A stretch of DNA of 64,000 bases from an uncultured virus (IMG/VR IMGVR_UViG_3300030060_003029) (Duplodnaviria; Heunggongvirae; Uroviricota; Caudoviricetes; Crassvirales), in the IMG/VR virus record IMGVR_UViG_3300030060_003029. One strand, given 5' to 3'. The notes under the pieces were generated by a model. That model worked only from the letters and a program-made list of their open reading frames with translations, ran no database searches and was not told the DNA's origin. Shown here piece after piece: positions 49,559-58,942 of the stretch. A program made the translations under genes and the position numbers. Within the stretch, counting starts at the first letter, position 1. Every line of letters starts with the position of its first letter.

Positions 49559-49946
49559 TGTCTTTAATTTTATTATTACTTTTTATTTTTTCAATCGAAC
49601 GACCTGCGAAATAGGCTGAGTAAACAACCATGAGCAAGTTTGTATAAATTGGACCATATATTGGGTTCATTTTAAACTCTCCTACATTACCATCAAAAAA
49701 TGATAGAACGACAAGCATGAATGTTAAAAACGCCATCGTAATAGGTCTTATGTTTGCTGGTAACCATCCAGCTTTAGCGTCAGCTTCCCACCTTCTAGTC
49801 ACCTGCTCTTGTGCGTTAGATTCTGCATTAACCAAGATCTCTTTCATCTTGTTTTTTAAAGCTAACTTCTCTTCCTTAGTTGTTACACATTCATCAATAA
49901 TGTTTGATGCATTACCAATAAGTGATTTAAAAATTCCTTGCAACAT
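49542..49946 (-). CDS. Holin (3TM-holin family; start revised to MLQGIFK)
   Basis: VTTKEEKL...VTRRWEADAKAGWLPANIRP, two TM helices, AYFAGRSIEK. Confidence 0.8.
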   Translation of the reverse strand: MLQGIFKSLIGNASNIIDECVTTKEEKLALKNKMKEILVNAESNAQEQVTRRWEADAKAGWLPANIRPITMAFLTFMLVVLSFFDGNVGEFKMNPIYGPIYTNLLMVVYSAYFAGRSIEKIKSNNKIKDNGKRN

Positions 49947-50526
49947 TGTGTTTTGATTTACGTGTATATTTTTTCTTATTCTTATATGGCTTAGACCTAA
50001 GATCCATTCCATTGTTCTTAGCTTCAATATCAGAATCTCTTCTAATCATTTTAGCTATTCTTTTTTTATCTGCCTCTGATATTTTTATTTTCTCCTTAAT
50101 CATATCAATACATTGAAGTATTTGTTTTTTACTTCCAGGCATGTAAAGTTCGTAATTTAAATTGTTTTTTACAAGGTAATGTTTAAATAGTTTCCATTTA
50201 AGGTTAAAAACATCAGATTTCAATCCTTTTACTTCTATTATCCATCCATCTTTCAAGTTAGTAAAGTCAGGCAAGTAGGTAGTGGATCTAATACTACTCA
50301 AAGCTTGATCGAAAACCAACTTGCCCTTCTTTTTTCTTTTCTCTATGCTTACTCCTTCGTATTTAAGCTTATCCAAAAGTACAAATTTTTCTTTTTCATA
50401 ATCAAATTTTATACCTTCTTTTTTTAATTCAGCATAGGTAAAAGCTTCCAGTCTTGACCTAAATTCTATTCCATCAATTTTGGTAGACTGAACATTTTTT
50501 ATTCTACCTTTTTTATTCTTTTTCAT
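49927..50526 (-). CDS. PD-(D/E)XK endonuclease (DUF1064 / T7 endonuclease I-like) with basic C-terminal extension
   Basis: DGIEFRSRLEA, YLPDF, IIEVKG. Confidence 0.8.
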   Translation of the reverse strand: MKKNKKGRIKNVQSTKIDGIEFRSRLEAFTYAELKKEGIKFDYEKEKFVLLDKLKYEGVSIEKRKKKGKLVFDQALSSIRSTTYLPDFTNLKDGWIIEVKGLKSDVFNLKWKLFKHYLVKNNLNYELYMPGSKKQILQCIDMIKEKIKISEADKKRIAKMIRRDSDIEAKNNGMDLRSKPYKNKKKYTRKSKHNVARNF

Positions 50527-50932
50527 AATCTAATATAGGAGTATTTGAAATATATTCCAAGCCCCTCCATTCTCTAGAGCTATCGTACCACCCTGTAGTA
50601 TTATTAAAATTATAAAACAAAACAGCAACGTCTTCATTTATTTCAAGTTTATCTCCAAATGGAACTGCATAGACATGGTAGCCATCAGATCCTTTACCCA
50701 TATATATAAATGGGTAGCTCATACCTGTTTCCCATTGATTCATGTAAACCCTGAATCCTGTTTCTGATATATGTATAAACATTGGTTCAGAATAAATATA
50801 TACATCTCCAGTTTGCTCTCCATTTGACCACTCGTAATCTATGGACTCACTTGATTGATAAACTCCTGTCCTTATTTGCGAAATACCCTGTAACGACAGG
50901 AATAAGATCGCTAAAAAAATCATCTTCTTCAT
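50513..50932 (-). CDS. Exported hypothetical protein
   Basis: Signal peptide MKKMIFLAILFLSLQGISQ. Confidence 0.7.
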   Translation of the reverse strand: MKKMIFLAILFLSLQGISQIRTGVYQSSESIDYEWSNGEQTGDVYIYSEPMFIHISETGFRVYMNQWETGMSYPFIYMGKGSDGYHVYAVPFGDKLEINEDVAVLFYNFNNTTGWYDSSREWRGLEYISNTPILDYEKE

Positions 50933-50963
50933 AATAAATTAAATTAAATTAATACTAAATTAA

Positions 50964-51212
50964 CTACTCAGCTAAAGGCTTCTCCTCTAGTTTCTTTTCT
51001 GTAAGCTTTTTGCTCAATATTATTTCCATAAAATAATCGTAGTGCTTTTTATAATCTTTTTCTGCGTTTTCTGTGTACCTAGCACCAACATACTCATGTA
51101 TGTTTTCTACATATGGAGACCATCCTAAAGCTTCCCATTTTTTTTCAACTTTTCTTTGAGCAAGTTTCGCTGCTAATTGCTCTGCGTGAATTTTAATTGT
51201 TGTATAACACAT
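50964..51212 (-). CDS. Hypothetical protein
   Basis: ORF in minus-strand operon with ATTATG start. Confidence 0.65.
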   Translation of the reverse strand: MCYTTIKIHAEQLAAKLAQRKVEKKWEALGWSPYVENIHEYVGARYTENAEKDYKKHYDYFMEIILSKKLTEKKLEEKPLAE

Positions 51213-51233
51213 AATATATATATTAATTAATAC

Positions 51234-51497
51234 TTAGTGAACGTCATTACTCATTCCCATTTTTTCTCTCCATTTCCACCCAGTTATTTTTACATCAATA
51301 CCTTGAGTAGACTTTATTTGTTTTTTTATACACGAAATTAAATAACTTCTTTTATTAAGTTCTTCAACAGTGTTTCCAACAGAACATGTTACAAATGTTC
51401 CATTGTTTTTTTTTTGAGTACTTTTCTTAACACCCTTAACCACTCTCCAAGTGTTCCATTCATACTCAACTTCTATATGCCATATTTGTTTTTTCAT
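51234..51497 (-). CDS. Hypothetical protein
   Basis: ATGA overlap with upstream gene. Confidence 0.65.
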   Translation of the reverse strand: MKKQIWHIEVEYEWNTWRVVKGVKKSTQKKNNGTFVTCSVGNTVEELNKRSYLISCIKKQIKSTQGIDVKITGWKWREKMGMSNDVH

Positions 51498-51772
51498 TTT
51501 AATAATGTTGCAAAAGCTGGTGTTCCCTCTCCCATGTGTGATCCAAGTATATTGTATTGAAAATACTCTGTAGCCTCTTCATTACTCATCCCATCAGCCT
51601 CTAACAACTCTATTATTTTATTTGTATCATATAGTATAATCGTTTCATTAAAACCAGACCTTTCAACCACCCCTATTATAGCGTCATCAAGTCCATCTGC
51701 AAACAAGGTGTTTTCTGATGATAATTCTTCTACTAATTGCCTTATTGGGAATGGTTCTTTATTTTTATTCAT
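51494..51772 (-). CDS. Conserved phage hypothetical protein
   Basis: FADGLDDAIIGV...EEATEYFQYNILGSHMGEGTP motif. Confidence 0.75.
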   Translation of the reverse strand: MNKNKEPFPIRQLVEELSSENTLFADGLDDAIIGVVERSGFNETIILYDTNKIIELLEADGMSNEEATEYFQYNILGSHMGEGTPAFATLLK

Positions 51773-52224
51773 AGTTTTTTAACTTTTATTTTCCCTATAT
51801 AACATAGGTCTATTGTCTTTACTTTTGTAAACAAATCTTTTGCTCCTGGCCTAGTTGCTAACTCGTAAAAATCCCAACCCTTTACTTTATCTATACACTT
51901 GTCGTGAACCATCTCTTGCAAATCTTCTTTTTTTACCTCGATCCAGTAATCCTCAGTTTCAAAAGCAAATCCATCTGCGTCACCATACAACCAACCCTTC
52001 TTCCCTAATACATTTTTAAATTCTACAAAATGTATATTCTCATCATTTTTTTTAATAGCTTTTACATCTATCTTTATGTTATTTATTTTTAAATCCCAAT
52101 GTTCATTGCAATCCTCTTCTTCTGTGGATAGAGATACATTTTTATATAGTTTAGCGTATTCCTTTTCAGCACGTTTACCTCTAGCCATATCCTTTGCTTT
52201 CTTATGCGAACTCTTGTATCTCAT
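51769..52224 (-). CDS. PD-(D/E)XK-like nuclease
   Basis: EHWD...IDVKA...VEFKNV...GWLYGDADGFAFE. Confidence 0.65.
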   Translation of the reverse strand: MRYKSSHKKAKDMARGKRAEKEYAKLYKNVSLSTEEEDCNEHWDLKINNIKIDVKAIKKNDENIHFVEFKNVLGKKGWLYGDADGFAFETEDYWIEVKKEDLQEMVHDKCIDKVKGWDFYELATRPGAKDLFTKVKTIDLCYIGKIKVKKL

Positions 52225-53509
52225 GGAACTTAGTTAACTCCCTCTGAAATCTCAATCCTAGAACGCCTGTTCCAATATTCCTGCCTTTAGCAAATATAAT
52301 CTCTGCTAAACCATCTGTACTATCACCTTTTTCATCCTGCGTTATACCATAATACTCTGGCCTATAAACTAAGACCACTACATCTGCAGCTTGTTCTATC
52401 TCTCCTGACTCTCTTAAGTCTGCTATTGTTGGTCTGCTCTCTGCTCTTTGACCAACTCCCCTGTTTAATTGAGATAATGCGATGATAGTTATATTAAGTT
52501 CTTTAGCTATATTCTTCAATGCTCTAGCTACCTCAGAAACTTCCTGCTCTCTACTCCTCCCTTTTTTATCGTTAGATACTAGTTGTAGGTAGTCAACCAT
52601 AAATAACTTAACCTTCTTGGTTATAACATATTGTCTTATCCTGTTAAGAAGGTATTTAAGAGAGGAGGAGGAGCACTCATCAACATACAGGGGAACTCTT
52701 TCTATTCTTCCAACACTTTCATGTATTTTGCTTAACTCTGATTGATCCAAAGTTCCTTTCATTATCCACTTATTATCTATTCCTGTGTCAGAAGATATTA
52801 ATCTGCTTAATAACTGCTGAGAACTCATCTCGTAAGAAAACAAGCACGTTGGAGTCTTGCCATAGAACGCACTATTAAAAGCAAAGGCTAAGGCAAGAGA
52901 GGTTTTACCCATAGAACTAGCACCCCCAATGATGACTAGATCAGTCTCTTGCCAGCCTCCTGTAAATTTATCTACACTTTCAAAGCCTGTTGTTATTCCA
53001 TTTAAACCTTTATTGTTTATTTTATGTTCAATGCTCTTTAACAATCCACCTAATTGCTCTGATACATTAACTATTCCATCTTTTGATATGTTTCCTATCT
53101 TTCCAACCTCTCCCTCAACATATTCCAATATGTGAAATATATCATCATCATTAGATAACATCTCTGATATTTTAACATTTAACTCAAGCAACTGTTCTTT
53201 CTTCTTTCTTTCATTCAATATGAGTATACAGGTTAACGCTTGTGTTTGGAGATAAGATTCTTCATTAACCATTGTCGCTAGATCATAAGATAGGTTTTCT
53301 CCTTTCTTTGATATAGTATCCACCAAACTAAGTAAGTCTATTTTTTTATCGTTCTCTAACTCCTCTGATATATATTTATATATCCTTCTGTTTTTAGAAT
53401 CCTCAAATAATTCACTACTTAAAAGAGAGTGATTATTATAATACTCCTGAGGGTTATTTATTATCTTCCCCAACAATGTTCTTTCTATTTGACTATTATC
53501 TGCTGACAT
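52202..53509 (-). CDS. dnaB: Replicative DNA helicase (DnaB family)
   Basis: GASSMGKT, FSYEMS, VDYLQL, LSQLNR, DLRESGEIEQAAD, AKGRN. Confidence 0.97.
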   Translation of the reverse strand: MSADNSQIERTLLGKIINNPQEYYNNHSLLSSELFEDSKNRRIYKYISEELENDKKIDLLSLVDTISKKGENLSYDLATMVNEESYLQTQALTCILILNERKKKEQLLELNVKISEMLSNDDDIFHILEYVEGEVGKIGNISKDGIVNVSEQLGGLLKSIEHKINNKGLNGITTGFESVDKFTGGWQETDLVIIGGASSMGKTSLALAFAFNSAFYGKTPTCLFSYEMSSQQLLSRLISSDTGIDNKWIMKGTLDQSELSKIHESVGRIERVPLYVDECSSSSLKYLLNRIRQYVITKKVKLFMVDYLQLVSNDKKGRSREQEVSEVARALKNIAKELNITIIALSQLNRGVGQRAESRPTIADLRESGEIEQAADVVVLVYRPEYYGITQDEKGDSTDGLAEIIFAKGRNIGTGVLGLRFQRELTKFHEIQEFA

Positions 53510-53993
53510 CTGTAAATTTTGGTGTTACATATTTAATACTGCTTTCATTTGATTTACCTATAACCTCATTTCTCCAAGCTTTTTGATATATCCACGTGCT
53601 TGGGTTTTTTCTATATTGTTTATCAGGTGTAGACTTTACATATAATTCTACCATCTTCAAAGCATCTTTCATGTCTGATATAGATAGCTTTTTCCACTTC
53701 TTTAAACAATCGTCTCTATTTATCTTTTTATCATACCTATCCCAAAAGTCATTAAACATATCCATCTTCTCTGACATTATCTTCTCACTTGGTCTAATTA
53801 TTGCACTATCCATTGTTGCATCTTTAAAAGAACTAGCTATCCTGTCAAAAACATTTTTAGCAAATCCTTCAGATGGGTAAACTTCTTCGTGCTTTCTAGA
53901 AGATATGTAAAAAGTTATCTTCTTTCCATCTAGGTAGTATTGATCTATTTTATTACTCTCTATAAAAGAGTCTGTGTTTATTTTTATTAACAT
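53496..53993 (-). CDS. Replication initiator / replisome-organiser-like protein
   Basis: FNDFWDRYDKK...KWKKL...YRKNPSTWIYQKAW domain; directly upstream of the helicase. Confidence 0.7.
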   Translation of the reverse strand: MLIKINTDSFIESNKIDQYYLDGKKITFYISSRKHEEVYPSEGFAKNVFDRIASSFKDATMDSAIIRPSEKIMSEKMDMFNDFWDRYDKKINRDDCLKKWKKLSISDMKDALKMVELYVKSTPDKQYRKNPSTWIYQKAWRNEVIGKSNESSIKYVTPKFTDVSR

Positions 53994-54014
53994 ATAATCA
54001 AATTATGGTTATTA

Positions 54015-54041
54015 TAGGGGATGCTATGACACACCCCCCAT
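54015..54041 (-). terminator. Hairpin after the SSB gene (terminator or stabiliser)
   Basis: GGGGGTG-TGTCATAG-CATCCCC on the minus strand; weak U tract. Confidence 0.5.
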
Positions 54042-54058
54042 AAAAAACAAATAAAAAA

Positions 54059-54328
54059 TTAAAATGGTAAATCATCCTTTGTTGCTGACGCTGTCTCCTT
54101 TTGAGGTTCAGGTTTAAAATCATTGATCTTAACGTAGTGTGTTTTACCATACTCGTTAGCACCATCTTTATTGGCACCAATAGTTAAGTTAACATACTTC
54201 TTACCCTCGTAAGTATAAACGTGTTCTCCAATCTTATCTAAGTGTAGAGTCATGTTTATAATTGAGCCACCATCATTAAAGGTAACTTCTTTTCCATTTC
54301 CACAAAAAATTGCTTCTTTCTTTTCCAT
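54059..54328 (-). CDS. Putative single-stranded DNA-binding protein
   Basis: GKKYVNLTI...NEYGKTH core and acidic C-terminal DDLPF tail. Confidence 0.75.
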   Translation of the reverse strand: MEKKEAIFCGNGKEVTFNDGGSIINMTLHLDKIGEHVYTYEGKKYVNLTIGANKDGANEYGKTHYVKINDFKPEPQKETASATKDDLPF

Positions 54329-54357
54329 AATAAAATAATTAAATAGTTAGTAAATAG

Positions 54358-54549
54358 TTATATAAATAAATTGTTGTACGCCCATGTGTCATCCACACTC
54401 ATCATTTCAGAGATCAGTCTAATTTCCTGTGCGTTAAACGTATCAGGAGATTCTAACCTCTTTGATATAGTTGGCCTAGACACACCAACGTAGTCTGCTA
54501 TCTCTTGCTGAGATATTTTTCTTGCTCTAAGTTCTGTTTTTAATTTCAT
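54358..54549 (-). CDS. Cro/XRE helix-turn-helix protein
   Basis: ISQQEIADYVGVSRPTISKRL. Confidence 0.9.
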   Translation of the reverse strand: MKLKTELRARKISQQEIADYVGVSRPTISKRLESPDTFNAQEIRLISEMMSVDDTWAYNNLFI

Positions 54550-54560
54550 AGTAATTGTTT

Positions 54561-55325
54561 TTAAAGTATTGATTCAACATAATAGTCATTAATTTCTCTG
54601 TCTTGTTTTATAAAATATGTATCGTACAAGTTTAATAGTTCTTTATATTTAGTTCTTCCAAGTTCCATGAAACCTTCACTTGACATATATATCCCAACAT
54701 CAAATGGTTCTGTTTTTTCTATAACAATAAACCAAAATTCATCAGCCCCAAATCCATCAAGATAAAATGCTGACTGCCTATCATAACCATATTTCAAAGA
54801 TGAACGTCTAAACTCATTTATAACGTGGCTTTGAGTTGTCTTTATATCTACAATAATCTTTCTTCCATTCTCATTTTTTACATAATCTGCCTTACCTTTA
54901 CAATAAACACCAGTGTCTTGATCCTCCCAACAATTAACAATCTCTGCCTTTCCATTAGATAATAGGTTTTTAACTCTTGGTATGGACAATAACTTTTCTC
55001 TCATTTTATACAAAGACTTCTCCTCTCCTTTTGTAATAATAGTTTTATCATTATTATTAAGTTTAAACTCATCCCAAGCCTTACCTCTCCTTGTTCCATC
55101 GTAAGATATAACCTGATCCTTATACTTCTCAGGCTCTAATATATTTTGGTGAAAGGCTCTACCAAATAGTAAAGCGTTAGTATCATCTTGCCCCCATTTT
55201 CTATAATGCTCTAATTTAGCTGGTGAATGTGCCAATTTACCTAACTGAGAATTTGTTATAAAATTCTTGTCACCATAATAAATATTATCACTATCAAAAT
55301 TTTTTATGTATTTAGCGAAATCCAT
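54561..55325 (-). CDS. RecE/exonuclease VIII-like PD-(D/E)XK nuclease (DUF3799-like)
   Basis: FGRAFH...LEP, CKGKAD, IVDIKTT, YGYDRQSAFY, IVIEKTEP. Confidence 0.9.
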   Translation of the reverse strand: MDFAKYIKNFDSDNIYYGDKNFITNSQLGKLAHSPAKLEHYRKWGQDDTNALLFGRAFHQNILEPEKYKDQVISYDGTRRGKAWDEFKLNNNDKTIITKGEEKSLYKMREKLLSIPRVKNLLSNGKAEIVNCWEDQDTGVYCKGKADYVKNENGRKIIVDIKTTQSHVINEFRRSSLKYGYDRQSAFYLDGFGADEFWFIVIEKTEPFDVGIYMSSEGFMELGRTKYKELLNLYDTYFIKQDREINDYYVESIL

Positions 55326-55326
55326 A

Positions 55327-55845
55327 TTATTGCTTTTCTATTTCTAACATTAATAACTTTCTTTGATCCTCAGTCATAGAGTAGCTATCCATTCTTTGCT
55401 TAACAACTAAAGATTCTCCATCTCTGATAGCTTTCATCATGGCATCAAACTGACTACTTGTTAATTTTTTTTTACCACTAGCTTGTTTCTTTTTGGGTAT
55501 CTCTGTTTGTGCTATTGCGTTTGCAACTTCATGTGCTGAAGCAACCTGACTATCTATTCCAATGCCAAAGTTTGCTAATGCCCTACCCCACGCAGACGTT
55601 TCACAAACCTCGACAAAGGATGTTTTGTTAATAAAACTAGCTGATCTAACTTCGTGTGCATGTCCTGTTGCAATTGGAACTCCACCATGTACGATAGTAG
55701 CTTTTATAACACAATGTTCTTCTGTACATTGTATAATTTCTGTTACTAGTGAATGTTCAGGATGATTCTCTCTGAAATACTTGAGTCTTTCGTTAACTTC
55801 AACGTATTCTTTACCTTTAATGTTTATAGTTTTTAGTTTAGTCAT
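55327..55845 (-). CDS. Single-strand annealing recombinase (Rad52/Sak-like)
   Basis: IKGKEYVEVNERL...ATGHA...ETSAWGRALANFGIG; adjacent to exonuclease. Confidence 0.75.
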   Translation of the reverse strand: MTKLKTINIKGKEYVEVNERLKYFRENHPEHSLVTEIIQCTEEHCVIKATIVHGGVPIATGHAHEVRSASFINKTSFVEVCETSAWGRALANFGIGIDSQVASAHEVANAIAQTEIPKKKQASGKKKLTSSQFDAMMKAIRDGESLVVKQRMDSYSMTEDQRKLLMLEIEKQ

Positions 55846-55870
55846 AATTAATTAAATTAAATTGTTTTTA

Positions 55871-55878
55871 CAAATATA
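55871..55878 (-). promoter_or_regulatory. -7 promoter element TATATTTG for the recombination/replication operon
   Basis: CAAATATA on + strand, 25 nt upstream of ATG 55845. Confidence 0.75.
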
Positions 55879-55900
55879 TTAAACTTTCTTTACAATATGC

Positions 55901-56380
55901 TTACTTTAGCATGTATTTTTTCTTAAAATTTATTAACAATCCATGTATTCTTTCTTTCTCTAATTTCTCATTCATCCATAGATCTTTATATCTTCCTATG
56001 GTTTTGTCTTGTTCTTCTATCTTTTTTTTCATATCTATATTTCTAGATGCTTCAATGTCTTCACTATTAACATATAGTCCTAGATGATCCATTGATTTAT
56101 TATAGAAATTTCTATACATGATATTTGTTTTATAATCTATGTCGTGCATACCTCTTGCATGAACAATAGATGCGTGGTTTTTATATCCCAATATATCTCT
56201 CAAGTTGTGGTTAGTATAGTTAAAGTTTCTATATAGTAAATTAACCAATACTTGCCTTGCTATAACCACGTTTGCGTGTCTTGTAGCAGTTCTGTTTCTT
56301 ATTATTTTATCTTCAGGAACATTACAAACTTCAGATACTATATTTATTATATTCTTTTCTAGTATTTCCATGATTCTCAT
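55901..56380 (-). CDS. DnaA C-terminal (domain IV)-like HTH protein with coiled coil
   Basis: NVVIARQVLVNLL...LRDILGYKNHASIVHA parallels DnaA RQIAMYL...GRDHTTVLHA. Confidence 0.75.
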   Translation of the reverse strand: MRIMEILEKNIINIVSEVCNVPEDKIIRNRTATRHANVVIARQVLVNLLYRNFNYTNHNLRDILGYKNHASIVHARGMHDIDYKTNIMYRNFYNKSMDHLGLYVNSEDIEASRNIDMKKKIEEQDKTIGRYKDLWMNEKLEKERIHGLLINFKKKYMLK

Positions 56381-56511
56381 TTTATTTTATTATTTACTTT
56401 AATTGTTATTATTGATGTTATCATTATTATTCCCATAACTATTATTAAATCTAATCCATCAGGAACACATCCCATGTTCGCCAACCAGTAGTCTTGCCAG
56501 TATTGTTTCAT
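56377..56511 (-). CDS. Small membrane protein, 44 aa (MKQYWQDYW...), not in ORF track
   Basis: ATGA overlap with the next gene; one hydrophobic segment. Confidence 0.65.
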   Translation of the reverse strand: MKQYWQDYWLANMGCVPDGLDLIIVMGIIMITSIITIKVNNKIK

Positions 56512-56513
56512 AA

Positions 56514-56750
56514 TTAATCCATTTTATAGTTAAAATCATATTTTAAAACCATAGAGTCCAGTTTCCAACCAATATCCATCATCTCTGTCTTTAGTTCTAC
56601 TATCTCCACATTTAGAGATGTTATCATCATATCTTGAGTTTTATCCTCTACGTTTTTAATTGTTTCGTTAAATGTTTTTATTGTGCCATTAACCATTATT
56701 AGTATAATTATAGTTAAGATCCAACACATAGTAATTGATATTTTTTTCAT
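56514..56750 (-). CDS. Membrane-anchored coiled-coil protein
   Basis: N-terminal TM segment. Confidence 0.65.
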   Translation of the reverse strand: MKKISITMCWILTIIILIMVNGTIKTFNETIKNVEDKTQDMMITSLNVEIVELKTEMMDIGWKLDSMVLKYDFNYKMD

Positions 56751-56959
56751 AATGATTTTTTTTCTAATTGTTTTATATACTCTTTAGCTTCATTCTTAGT
56801 TCTAAATAACTTTCTTACAGGATCTATATTATATATCTCCTCGCTAACATCGTCCCAACAGCTCCATAAAATTTCGTACTTATGTAAATTATAGATCTTG
56901 TCTGTATGTTTAATTACGATATAATAATCATCTCCTTCTTTAAATGGGTATCTTTCCAT
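56747..56959 (-). CDS. Hypothetical early protein
   Basis: YPFKEGDDYY...SCWDDVSEE; ATGA coupling. Confidence 0.7.
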   Translation of the reverse strand: MERYPFKEGDDYYIVIKHTDKIYNLHKYEILWSCWDDVSEEIYNIDPVRKLFRTKNEAKEYIKQLEKKSL

Positions 56960-56961
56960 AA

Positions 56962-57216
56962 CTAATCCTTTTTCTCTTTAAGCCCCATGTCTTCAGCAAA
57001 GTATCTTATACTTTCCCATACTTGATTTGCAGTTCCATCATTATCTAATGCTTGATCTAACACATCCATTGCTTCTGAATCAGTACACTCATAATTAGAT
57101 TGTACATCTTCAATATGATACATAGAATATATGTAATATCCATTTTCCCTTAATAATTCTTTTGCATCTGCGATCTTATCGTTAGTCGCTATAATATCTT
57201 CTGGTAGTTGTTTCAT
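56962..57216 (-). CDS. Hypothetical early protein (start revised to MKQLPED)
   Basis: AATTATG start context; avoids overlap with the 58-aa ORF upstream. Confidence 0.7.
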   Translation of the reverse strand: MKQLPEDIIATNDKIADAKELLRENGYYIYSMYHIEDVQSNYECTDSEAMDVLDQALDNDGTANQVWESIRYFAEDMGLKEKKD

Positions 57217-57235
57217 AATTTTATTCTTTTTTATT

Positions 57236-57412
57236 TTAATGTCTACTATAATTTTCATTTTCATTTAGTTGGACTAGTCTTGTTGCCAATCTTTCCAACA
57301 TTACAATTTCTTTATCAAAATCACTTTCTAAATTTTTTTCCTCAATTAAGTTTATGGTTTTATCCACTAACTCAATTAATGATTCTAAATTATTACTTTG
57401 CCATTTTTCCAT
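57236..57412 (-). CDS. Micro-ORF, 58 aa (MEKWQSNNL...)
   Basis: AAACATTATG start; fills gap. Confidence 0.65.
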   Translation of the reverse strand: MEKWQSNNLESLIELVDKTINLIEEKNLESDFDKEIVMLERLATRLVQLNENENYSRH

Positions 57413-57424
57413 AATGTTTATTTA

Positions 57425-57565
57425 TTAGTCGTTCCAATATGCTTTCGCACAATCATCAGAACAAAATTTATACTCAGTTAATACTTCTCCACAGAACGCA
57501 CATTCTGTTTTGTCTGCGAGATCTTGGTATGGATCAGTCATATTTAAATAATACCACTTCATCAT
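57425..57565 (-). CDS. Zinc-finger micro-protein, 46 aa
   Basis: CAFCGE...FCSDDC. Confidence 0.7.
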   Translation of the reverse strand: MMKWYYLNMTDPYQDLADKTECAFCGEVLTEYKFCSDDCAKAYWND

Positions 57566-57569
57566 AGTT

Positions 57570-57710
57570 TTATTTTTTTCTTGTTAATATATCTATTACA
57601 AAATCTATCTCATCTCTTTCATCGCTACCTATTCTATCAGACCAACCTAACATAGACCTTAATGATTCTATTGCTATCTCTTTGTTTACTTGTTCAATTT
57701 TCTTTTCCAT
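57570..57710 (-). CDS. Micro-ORF, 46 aa (MEKKIEQVNK...)
   Basis: AAAATTATG start; tight packing. Confidence 0.65.
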   Translation of the reverse strand: MEKKIEQVNKEIAIESLRSMLGWSDRIGSDERDEIDFVIDILTRKK

Positions 57711-57714
57711 AATT

Positions 57715-57867
57715 TTATCCCTTTTTTAATTTCTTTAATTTTAATTCTAATCTCTCTATCTCTTTTCTTTTCTCCCAAAATAGATCTAATTCTTTTTTGG
57801 TTATAAATGGAGATATTATTTTTTCAATACCCCATTGTTTTCTTAATTTTTCTAAATCTCTATCCAT
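57715..57867 (-). CDS. Micro-ORF, 50 aa (MDRDLEKLRK...)
   Basis: TAATTATG start; tight packing. Confidence 0.65.
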   Translation of the reverse strand: MDRDLEKLRKQWGIEKIISPFITKKELDLFWEKRKEIERLELKLKKLKKG

Positions 57868-57869
57868 AA

Positions 57870-58268
57870 TTATTTATAAAATTTAATTAACTCTTTTGGG
57901 TTACCCTCAAATACAAACTTTTTCTCATAGTTATCATATATCTTTATTTGTATATCTCCTGTATCATCGCAAACCTCAACGTGATACTCATACTCTTGCC
58001 CCATATTATTATTATTTACTGGAAATATATATATGCCCCCAACTTCTTTTTTCTTTTCAGATATTAATTGTGCAATAAGACAAGCAACGCCACTTGCCTT
58101 TGACATATCTTCCCTGTCTCCTACGCCATTAGTTAGTTTTTTACTATCTAAAAATTCTGCTAATTCACAACCCCAAGCGTAAGGATGTCCATCAAATTGT
58201 TTATACATATTTAATGTTGCTTGTGTATCTCTTTTTTCTTTAATGTATGTAAGTGAACGTGTTCCCAT
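57870..58268 (-). CDS. Conserved phage early protein (MGTRS family)
   Basis: MGTRSLT...MYKQFDGHP...GCELAEFL...EYEY. Confidence 0.75.
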   Translation of the reverse strand: MGTRSLTYIKEKRDTQATLNMYKQFDGHPYAWGCELAEFLDSKKLTNGVGDREDMSKASGVACLIAQLISEKKKEVGGIYIFPVNNNNMGQEYEYHVEVCDDTGDIQIKIYDNYEKKFVFEGNPKELIKFYK

Positions 58269-58307
58269 AATGTTTATTTGTTTAGTTAATGTTTCAGTTT
58301 CTTATTG

Positions 58308-58338
58308 TAAAGTTAATTATTTTTTCGTTAATTGCAAA
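58308..58338 (-). promoter_or_regulatory. Early promoter TTTG-N19-TAACTTTA
   Basis: Bacteroidota -33/-7 architecture with a 19-nt spacer. Confidence 0.7.
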
Positions 58339-58352
58339 CTATTTTGACATAA

Positions 58353-58376
58353 GTTATTAACAATGTTATTAACAAT
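58353..58376. repeat. Tandem 12-mer GTTATTAACAAT x2 (operator-like)
   Basis: Perfect tandem copy just upstream of the -33 element; recurs at 59905-59928 and 62243-62254. Confidence 0.8.
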
Positions 58377-58518
58377 CTTCAAGTTCATCTGCATATTCAC
58401 ACGCTTCATTATATAGATTGCTATCTATATTGCCCACGTAATCTACAAAGTGATTAAACCAAGCTAAATACTTATCTTTTATTTCAATTTGCTTTTCTAA
58501 GTCGTTTCTTTTTTTCAT
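58369..58518 (-). CDS. Micro-ORF, 49 aa (MKKRNDLEK...)
   Basis: ATGA overlap with upstream micro-ORF. Confidence 0.65.
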   Translation of the reverse strand: MKKRNDLEKQIEIKDKYLAWFNHFVDYVGNIDSNLYNEACEYADELEDC

Positions 58519-58646
58519 AGTAATTCTTTTTGTAATTTATTAATTAATTTACCTAATGTTCTGCCTGTATCAGTTTTATCAAACTCGTACTTAACCTCTA
58601 AATTGTAAAGTACCTTAAATAGTTCTGCTTGTGTTTCTTGATTCAT
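58515..58646 (-). CDS. Micro-ORF, 43 aa (MNQETQAEL...)
   Basis: AAAATTATG start; coupled to the next gene. Confidence 0.65.
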   Translation of the reverse strand: MNQETQAELFKVLYNLEVKYEFDKTDTGRTLGKLINKLQKELL

Positions 58647-58650
58647 AATT

Positions 58651-58938
58651 TTATTTTTTTAATTTTAATTCTCTATACTTTTTTGCAATATCTTCCAGAT
58701 TATCTAACTCACTATTACAATACAATCCTAATATATTATTAGTTAGTGTTTCGTATTCATCATACACATCATTATAAAAATCTTGTGCATCTTCATTAAA
58801 TATCATTGTATCAGATTGGTTTTCTTCTGAACTTCCCTCTGTCCATGTTTCTTCCCCAAATCTTTCTTCTGTTATCCTTGTTGCTAACTCATCTATGTAT
58901 TCCATAAATCTTGAATTTTCTATATATATCTTGCTCAT
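58651..58938 (-). CDS. Acidic hypothetical early protein
   Basis: ORF with AAAATTATG start. Confidence 0.7.
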   Translation of the reverse strand: MSKIYIENSRFMEYIDELATRITEERFGEETWTEGSSEENQSDTMIFNEDAQDFYNDVYDEYETLTNNILGLYCNSELDNLEDIAKKYRELKLKK

Positions 58939-58942
58939 AATT

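Noticed and set aside
57372..57390. Second Fur-like site (AATGATTCTAAAT)
   Set aside because: Only a half site and inside a coding micro-ORF
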